A stretch of 64,000 nt of DNA, from contig JBGASG010000002.1 of assembly GCA_044229845.1 (NCBI GenBank), positions 64,001 to 128,000 of the forward strand. The letters run 5' to 3'. Positions 57,902-64,000 of this stretch are shown here, in pieces. The notes under the pieces are model-generated. The model made no database searches. It was given only the letters and a program-made list of their open reading frames with translations, and had not been told where the DNA came from. The DNA is from Candidatus Obscuribacteraceae bacterium (GTDB lineage: Bacteria; Cyanobacteriota; Vampirovibrionia; Obscuribacterales; Obscuribacteraceae). The number at the start of each line of letters is the position of its first letter. The stretch's first letter is position 1. The translations under genes were made by a program, and so were the position numbers.

Positions 57902-58963
57902 ATGGCCGGCGAAGCCCTGAAGCAATTATTCAAAGCGTTGATGCACATCACGCTGTTGAAACGACTGGCGCTGTTCATGGTCTGCGTCGGCATCTATTCG
58001 ACCATCGTCGCCTTTTTCGGCAGGCATCTACCTTATAACGATGCGCTTTTGCAAACCGACTCGGCACTGTTCGTCGGCGTGATTCTCAGCGTGCTGTTGG
58101 TGTTCAGGCTGAACAGCGCTTATGAAAGGTGGTGGGAAGCCAGCAACCTCTGGGGGCAACTGATTAACGAAATTCGCAACGCCTGCTGCAAGGTGGACAG
58201 AGTGCTTTTGCTCGAACTGCGCGAGCGCGAACGCTTTGCCGTACTGATGGTGGAATTCGCCTATTCACTGAAAGACCACTTGCGGCAGGTGACCGCCGAA
58301 AGCGGTGCACCATCGGCGGTGCGGGCTGCCGGTGGCGTGGTGCGCAAACCGATGGCTGTCGTGCATGATGTCTACGCGCAGCTGGGTCGCCAGCTGCAAG
58401 CCGGCAAGATCAGCGTCGAAATGGTCGAACTGATGGACACGCACATCAAAGCGCTCGCCGACATCCTCGGCTCCTGCGAGCGCATCAGCACTTCTCCAAT
58501 TACCGCGGCCCACAAAAGTTTGCTGGCCCACATGCTCTTGATTTATGTGGCACTGTTACCCTGGTCGCTGGCGCCGGGGCTGGGTTTCTTCTCCGTGCCG
58601 GTGGTTGTGGTGGGCGTTTATCTGGTGATGGGCATGGAAGTGGTGGCAGCCGGCAACGAACATCCTTTTGGAACCGACGAGGAAGACATTCCTTTAGATA
58701 GGCTTTGCAAGACGGTTGAAACATCGGTCTTCGAATTGCTCGAGTTATCGCGACCGATTGAAGTTGTCATCTCACCCGACGATGTGGTGCAGTGGGTGGT
58801 GCCAGATGACCTGACGGACTGCCTGGCGATTCAGAAACACCATTTTGACGGTGGCGCGGACGACACGCACGGCGATCCGGGAGGAAACGGCGACGCTGCC
58901 GACACAGGCAAGGGTGCAGTCGCGTCGGTGTATGATGACCCGCTGGCTGATTTGAGATCCTGA
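57902..58963 (+). CDS. Bestrophin-family ion channel
   Basis: LLVFRLNSAYERWWEA...WG, GSCERI, HPFGTDEEDIPLD. Confidence 0.9.
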   Translation: MAGEALKQLFKALMHITLLKRLALFMVCVGIYSTIVAFFGRHLPYNDALLQTDSALFVGVILSVLLVFRLNSAYERWWEASNLWGQLINEIRNACCKVDRVLLLELRERERFAVLMVEFAYSLKDHLRQVTAESGAPSAVRAAGGVVRKPMAVVHDVYAQLGRQLQAGKISVEMVELMDTHIKALADILGSCERISTSPITAAHKSLLAHMLLIYVALLPWSLAPGLGFFSVPVVVVGVYLVMGMEVVAAGNEHPFGTDEEDIPLDRLCKTVETSVFELLELSRPIEVVISPDDVVQWVVPDDLTDCLAIQKHHFDGGADDTHGDPGGNGDAADTGKGAVASVYDDPLADLRS

Positions 58964-59021
58964 TTGAATTGCCCTGAACACTTTACGTCATCGGTTCCCC
59001 AACTATATAAAGAGATCACCA

Positions 59022-61973
59022 TTGAGCCCCGCCAGCAACGCCGACCAGATCAGAAAGACGCTCTTCAAACTGGGCGAAACAAAAGACCCCGAGCAATTCA
59101 ATCAAGCTGCGGAAGCGGCACTTATCATGCTGAAATCGCAAAGCGAGCCGATTCCGAAAGACTGCTGCTCCACCCTGCAGGCGGTACTGCGGCGGCTGGG
59201 GGAATTTAAGAACATTGAGCTGCTCGACAAGTACGGAACTCTCATATCGGCACAAGTCTATCCCCATATTCCGGATGCGGAGCTGCGCGCGGCGGTCAAG
59301 GTGTGCGTCGATAAAATGCGCGCACGGCGCGTCGAAGATCCGGTCGCCGTAGCCGGACTCTATGCTGGTCTTCTGAAAGAGGCTCTGGTACCAAAACCGG
59401 CAACCGCAGGCGCGTGTCTCAATTATTTCATTGCCCTGGCGGAGGAGTTCACCGATCGCGACGACACCGATGATGTCGATGTGATTTATCTAGCTGCCGT
59501 CGATATCTCGATGCGTTTAAACGGCAAAAACTGCACCGAGACCGCCGATTCGTACGAGTTTTTGGGACTATGCTACAGAAACCAGGGCTATTACGAAGAC
59601 GCCTACACAGCCCTCCAACAAGCCAGAGGCATTCAGGAAGAATTGTTGAAATCGGACGCCGTCGATCCATCGTCTCATTACGACGTGCTGCTGACCATAT
59701 GCGATGTCGCCCGCCAGGGCGGGTTTCCGGAGAAAACTCAAGACGTTTTTCAGTTGCTAAAAAAGCTCAGCGAGGAAAACAAGCTGCCATCTAAATTGCA
59801 GGCGCAGTTGCACGGCATGCTCGGGCGCCAGGCCCAGGAGGAAGGCGACGAGGCTGACGCCATCGAGTCTTTTAAGCGCGCCCTGGAAGCGCTGCGCGAG
59901 ATGCCGGAAGACAAAGCCGCGCTCGAGCGTCAGCGCATCGCCATCTCGCTGGCGCGCGTCTACTCCAACTTGAACGAACCGGCGCTCGTCGAAAAGTACT
60001 ATTCGGAAGCGCTGAGCGTCATGGATAAGATTGCTCGCCTGCATGCGGACGAAGTCTCTGACAACATGTATTACATTGCTTGTTTCTTCAGCGATCGCCA
60101 TGACTACCGGCGCGCGGAAGAATTGCTCAAGCAGTCGCTGAAGCTGAAACGGCAGGCTGCCAAACACAGATATGTCGAACTGGAATTGATCGAACGCGAA
60201 CTGGCCACCGTTCGCAAATTGGTCGAAGAAAATTCCAAGCGCGATGCGCGCAGCCTCGAACATCTGCTGGGCGAAATCGAAGGCATGGTCGGTCTGGAAG
60301 AGCTTAAGAAAGCTTTGCGCGAACATGGTGTCTATCTGGACTTTTTGCGACTGCGTAAGGAACGCGGTTTTGAGTCGGTGGAAAATCCGGTACTGCATGC
60401 GGTGTTCATGGGCAATCCCGGAACCGGCAAAACAACTGTCGCAAAGTTACTCGGCGAGGTTTACTACAAGCTGGGATTGCTATCCTCAGGGCATGTGCAC
60501 ACAGTCGTACGCGCCGATTTGATCGGAGCTCAATACGGCGCCGGAGAGAAGGGCGCGCGCCGCGCGCTGGATGCCGCCAGAGGCGGTGTGCTGTTCATAG
60601 ATGAAGCCTACACGCTTTCTCGTCACTATCGCGAAGGCGATGTGGACGGACGAGACCCGGGGCAGGAAGTGATCGAAACACTGCTGCCCGTCATGTCCAA
60701 CCCGGGCGCCGACATCGCCATCGTGGTGGCAGGGTATCCCACCGAGATGGAGGCTTTTCTCGGGTCCAATCCGGGCTTGCGTTCGCGTTTTAAATTGTTT
60801 TTCGACTTCCCAGACTACACACCTCCGGAGATGCTGGAGATTGCCGTCACCGCCGCCAAGCGACACGACCTCACCTTCTCCGACGAAGCGCGCGAACTGT
60901 TTCTTGAAGCGCTCGAAGATGTCTATCGCAAGCGTGACCGTACGTTCGGCAATGCCCGCCACGTCATGTCACTGATCGATGATTGTAAGCGCGCGATGGC
61001 GCTGCGCATCATGCGCTCTTCAAAGCTCAATCTTTTGACCAACGAACAGATCTCTGTGGTGTCCGCGGAGGACGTCCGCAAAGTGACCGGCATCAAACGC
61101 AAAGCCGGCCCTTACTGCGCCCCGCTCGACGAAAAGATGCTGGCGCAGAGCCTCGCCCAGCTGGATGCGCTGGTCGGTCTCGATAACTTGAAAGCCTTCG
61201 TGCGCGACACCGTAAAAGTGGTGCGCGTCTACCGCGAACTTGGCAAGGACGTGCTTTCGGCATTGAAGTTCAACCTGGTGTTCGCCGGCAATCCCGGCAC
61301 GGGCAAGACGGTGGTGGCACGCATCATCAGCGACGTCTACAAGGCGCTCGGCATACTGGAGCGCGGACATCTGGTCGAAACAGATCGTTCCGGGCTGGTC
61401 GGCAAGTACATCGGCGATTCGGAAGCGCAAACCAAAGCCAAGATCGAAGAAGCGATGGGCGGCGTATTGTTTGTAGATGAAGCTTATGCGCTGATGGGCG
61501 AAGGCAACGACTTCGGTGCTCGCGTGATCGAAGTTTTGCTCAAGCAGATGGAAGACCAGCGCGGCAAGTTCTTCTGCATATTCGCGGGTTATCGCAAGGA
61601 AATGCAGCAGTTTATGGATGCCAATCCGGGGCTGCGTTCGCGCATCGACAAAGTGCTGGACTTCGAAGATTACACAACTGCGCAGCTGGAAGAGATAACC
61701 GTGGCTATGCTGAAAGCGCAGGACCTGTCTGTCGACGAAGAAGCCTGCAAGGCCCTGCGCCAAAAACTCGCCTCTATAAAAGACTCGAAGGGTTTCGCCA
61801 ATGCTCGCTCATGCCGCAATCTGGTGGAGCGCATCGCACTCAGGCATTTCGCGTCTCTCGCCGATATACCAACCGACGAACGCACCGCGGCGGTGCTCAC
61901 AACCGTCACAGCGCGTACCGTGGAAGAAACCGAACTGAGCGACCTGGCAGTCAAACGCCCGGTGGGCTTTTAG
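59022..61973 (+). CDS. TPR + tandem SpoVK/CbbX-type AAA+ ATPase
   Basis: TPR N-terminus; two GNPGTGKT / F(I/V)DEAY / NPGLRSR / F(G/A)NAR modules. Confidence 0.88.
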   Translation: MSPASNADQIRKTLFKLGETKDPEQFNQAAEAALIMLKSQSEPIPKDCCSTLQAVLRRLGEFKNIELLDKYGTLISAQVYPHIPDAELRAAVKVCVDKMRARRVEDPVAVAGLYAGLLKEALVPKPATAGACLNYFIALAEEFTDRDDTDDVDVIYLAAVDISMRLNGKNCTETADSYEFLGLCYRNQGYYEDAYTALQQARGIQEELLKSDAVDPSSHYDVLLTICDVARQGGFPEKTQDVFQLLKKLSEENKLPSKLQAQLHGMLGRQAQEEGDEADAIESFKRALEALREMPEDKAALERQRIAISLARVYSNLNEPALVEKYYSEALSVMDKIARLHADEVSDNMYYIACFFSDRHDYRRAEELLKQSLKLKRQAAKHRYVELELIERELATVRKLVEENSKRDARSLEHLLGEIEGMVGLEELKKALREHGVYLDFLRLRKERGFESVENPVLHAVFMGNPGTGKTTVAKLLGEVYYKLGLLSSGHVHTVVRADLIGAQYGAGEKGARRALDAARGGVLFIDEAYTLSRHYREGDVDGRDPGQEVIETLLPVMSNPGADIAIVVAGYPTEMEAFLGSNPGLRSRFKLFFDFPDYTPPEMLEIAVTAAKRHDLTFSDEARELFLEALEDVYRKRDRTFGNARHVMSLIDDCKRAMALRIMRSSKLNLLTNEQISVVSAEDVRKVTGIKRKAGPYCAPLDEKMLAQSLAQLDALVGLDNLKAFVRDTVKVVRVYRELGKDVLSALKFNLVFAGNPGTGKTVVARIISDVYKALGILERGHLVETDRSGLVGKYIGDSEAQTKAKIEEAMGGVLFVDEAYALMGEGNDFGARVIEVLLKQMEDQRGKFFCIFAGYRKEMQQFMDANPGLRSRIDKVLDFEDYTTAQLEEITVAMLKAQDLSVDEEACKALRQKLASIKDSKGFANARSCRNLVERIALRHFASLADIPTDERTAAVLTTVTARTVEETELSDLAVKRPVGF

Positions 61974-61987
61974 TAGTTTTAGTTCCG

Positions 61988-63154
61988 TCAGTTCGGCGAC
62001 AACTCCGGCTCTGCATGCCCGGCGGCCAGGGCGTTGGCCACAAAAGTCCCGACCGCTGCCAGAAACAGCAGCAAGCCTATGAACGCGAAAGCGGCCGACA
62101 TGCCACACCGGTAAGCCAGCAAACCCAAAATAAAAGGCGCCACAAATATCGAGCCGCCGGTGCTGATTGACATACGCGAAGCGGCGCGCGCCGACTGATT
62201 GGCGGCCACACCGATAGCGGCGCTGAAGCTGAGCGGATACATGTTGGCTTCGCCCAGTCCTAAGAGCAAGAGCCCTAATATGTGAATCGGCAGGCTGTGC
62301 GCCAGCCAGAAAATCACGAAGCCGACCGCTGCCAGAGTGGCGGCCGCCGGCAGCATGACGCGCATCGGGACGACGCGATTGAGGCGGCTGCCGATGATGC
62401 GCCCGAAAAACATGGTACCCAGGAAGGCACTAACAGTGGTGGCAGCATCAGCCTTGGTCAAGCCGGCCGCACGCTCCATAAATTCTGCAGTCCAGAAGAT
62501 CATTGACCATTCCGCTGCCACACTGAACGCAATAACCACGAAATATGCCCAGTACGAGGCGGGCAGCTTGACCGGCGCCGGCGGCACCTGAATCGCCGAT
62601 GTTTGCGGTGCCACGGTGCGCAGGTTGGTGAGCGCCAGGAGCGCAAACATGGCCACCGGAAAAATCATCGTATAGCGCCAGTTGTAGCCGGCATTGGCCA
62701 CGGCTCCCACCACCACCGGCGAGAGCGCGCAAAACGTCGACGCGACAATATTGCATTCGTAGATGCCGACAGAGCGCTGGGCTCCAAAGCGATTGGACAT
62801 GATGGCGGTCACAGTCTGCCCCATCAAGCTACCGGACGAACCAGTCAAAAGCGCACCAAATATGGTGACGAAAGCGGATTGCCCGACGACGATTAAGACC
62901 AGACCGGCGAGAATGCCCAGCGCACCGCCCCAGAGCGTGGCGGGCGTGCCGAATCGGCGCATCAGCTTGTCGCCGGATGTCCCCATCAAAAGACTGCCCA
63001 GCGCAAAGGCGCTGAAATGCAGTCCGGCGACACGCAGGTCCAGGTTCAATTCGCCGCGCAAAAACGGCATGATTGGTCCCAGTGACGTCATGACGAAACA
63101 GCAGTATCCGACCAGCAGATACCCGAGCCATGTCAGTCTGTCGCGGATGAACAA
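61988..63154 (-). CDS. MFS transporter
   Basis: About 12 TM helices; degenerate motif A (GDKLMRRFG). Confidence 0.87.
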   Translation of the reverse strand: MFIRDRLTWLGYLLVGYCCFVMTSLGPIMPFLRGELNLDLRVAGLHFSAFALGSLLMGTSGDKLMRRFGTPATLWGGALGILAGLVLIVVGQSAFVTIFGALLTGSSGSLMGQTVTAIMSNRFGAQRSVGIYECNIVASTFCALSPVVVGAVANAGYNWRYTMIFPVAMFALLALTNLRTVAPQTSAIQVPPAPVKLPASYWAYFVVIAFSVAAEWSMIFWTAEFMERAAGLTKADAATTVSAFLGTMFFGRIIGSRLNRVVPMRVMLPAAATLAAVGFVIFWLAHSLPIHILGLLLLGLGEANMYPLSFSAAIGVAANQSARAASRMSISTGGSIFVAPFILGLLAYRCGMSAAFAFIGLLLFLAAVGTFVANALAAGHAEPELSPN

Positions 63155-63238
63155 AGTTGCGGGGTCCTCCGGAGCGACCCCACAACTTTAGCATCATATG
63201 CGCCCGCGGCGCCTGACTACCTCAGGATGTTGCGCGAT

Positions 63239-63619
63239 TTAGTGATGTTTGTAATAGCCTTTGCCGCGGCGGTGGTTGCGGTTCCAGCGGGTGTCGGCGT
63301 CGCTTATCTGGCGCGTGATGGCGTTCTGCAGGCGATCGAGTTTCGCTTCCAACGCACCGCGCTCCTTGGGCGACAGTTTGCCGCCGCTGCGGCGATACTG
63401 CGCTTCTATAGCGGTGATTTCATTCATACGCGATTGCAGTTGCTGCGCCTCCGATTTGGTCAGTCTGCCGCTGGCGACGCCTGCATTAATCTGATTTTGC
63501 AGCTGCACCTGGGTGCCATTGATGCCGTCGCCGCCCCAAATCCAGCGGGCTTCGGCGGGAAGGCTGGTGGCAGCAAGCGCGATCAAAGCGAGAGAGGCCA
63601 AAAGAGTAGTACGTTTCAT
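63239..63619 (-). CDS. Small secreted helical protein
   Basis: Signal peptide; GVASGRLTKSEA...GKLSPKER..L...LD pattern; AGGAG RBS. Confidence 0.78.
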   Translation of the reverse strand: MKRTTLLASLALIALAATSLPAEARWIWGGDGINGTQVQLQNQINAGVASGRLTKSEAQQLQSRMNEITAIEAQYRRSGGKLSPKERGALEAKLDRLQNAITRQISDADTRWNRNHRRGKGYYKHH

Positions 63620-63935
63620 GACGGCTCCTTGTCTTCATTTGCCGGAAATCTGTCTGTCCGTGAATTCAGGGTTGTCTTCACGTTCGTAAATGATGACGTG
63701 CAAAAGTTGATGAGGGGTCCCGTTTAAAACGATCATTTTATATTGAGGAACAACGTTTCATCTATCCAACAATTTTGCCGCCTCCGGCGGGCGCCACTAT
63801 ATGTGGTGCCGGTTCTCAGTCAGCTGATGATGCGGCAGTTTCCCGCCGGCGCCCGATCGGTCTCTTTGGCACTGCTATTTGATTTCAGCCTGCAGTCAGC
63901 ATGCTAAACTCTGTGTCAAGAGGGCAGGCAGACGC

Positions 63936-64000
63936 ATGACCACTAACGAGCCGAAAAGCGACGCGCCAGTGCGCATCCCCGCCAATCCAGGCGAGGGTCT
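63936..64000 (+). CDS. Possible 5' end of a CDS running off the window
   Basis: ATG 63936 is open to the window end; purine-rich upstream sequence and a TGCTAAACT -10-like element. Confidence 0.35.
   Translation, partial: MTTNEPKSDAPVRIPANPGEG

Noticed and set aside
1..64000. rRNA, tRNA, IS/transposase, integrase or prophage genes
   Set aside because: No cloverleaf, rRNA signature, DDE or recombinase motif, or phage structural gene recognised by eye; tRNAscan-SE and ISEScan would confirm.

Overview
High-GC bacterial chromosomal segment. The cyanobacteria-style ATP synthase operon (atpI-a-c-b'-b-delta-alpha-gamma, no beta/epsilon), the short gamma subunit and the many TPR/TonB-C/secreted hypothetical proteins suggest a non-photosynthetic cyanobacterial relative (Vampirovibrionia/Melainabacteria, Obscuribacterales-like); this placement is inference. 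Housekeeping genes include fabG, panB, rseP, spoIID, pspA/IM30 and the atp operon. The best candidate for an undescribed system is at 10.9-21.3 kb. It encodes a LysM + papain/calpain-like cysteine protease with an intact Cys-His-Asn triad, translationally coupled to a PsbP/DcrB-like exported partner. Next come a paralogue lacking the catalytic Cys with the partner domain fused to it, a membrane pseudokinase-TPR protein and a third free copy of the partner domain. Also notable: a ~500-nt highly structured non-coding region upstream of a large metalloprotease-bearing protein; a frameshifted XRE gene with three phased operators; a GAFTGA-less NtrC-type regulator; and four TonB-C-like paralogues appended to the atp operon. 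I found no rRNA, tRNA, CRISPR array or transposase. All family calls come from motifs read by eye, not from database searches.
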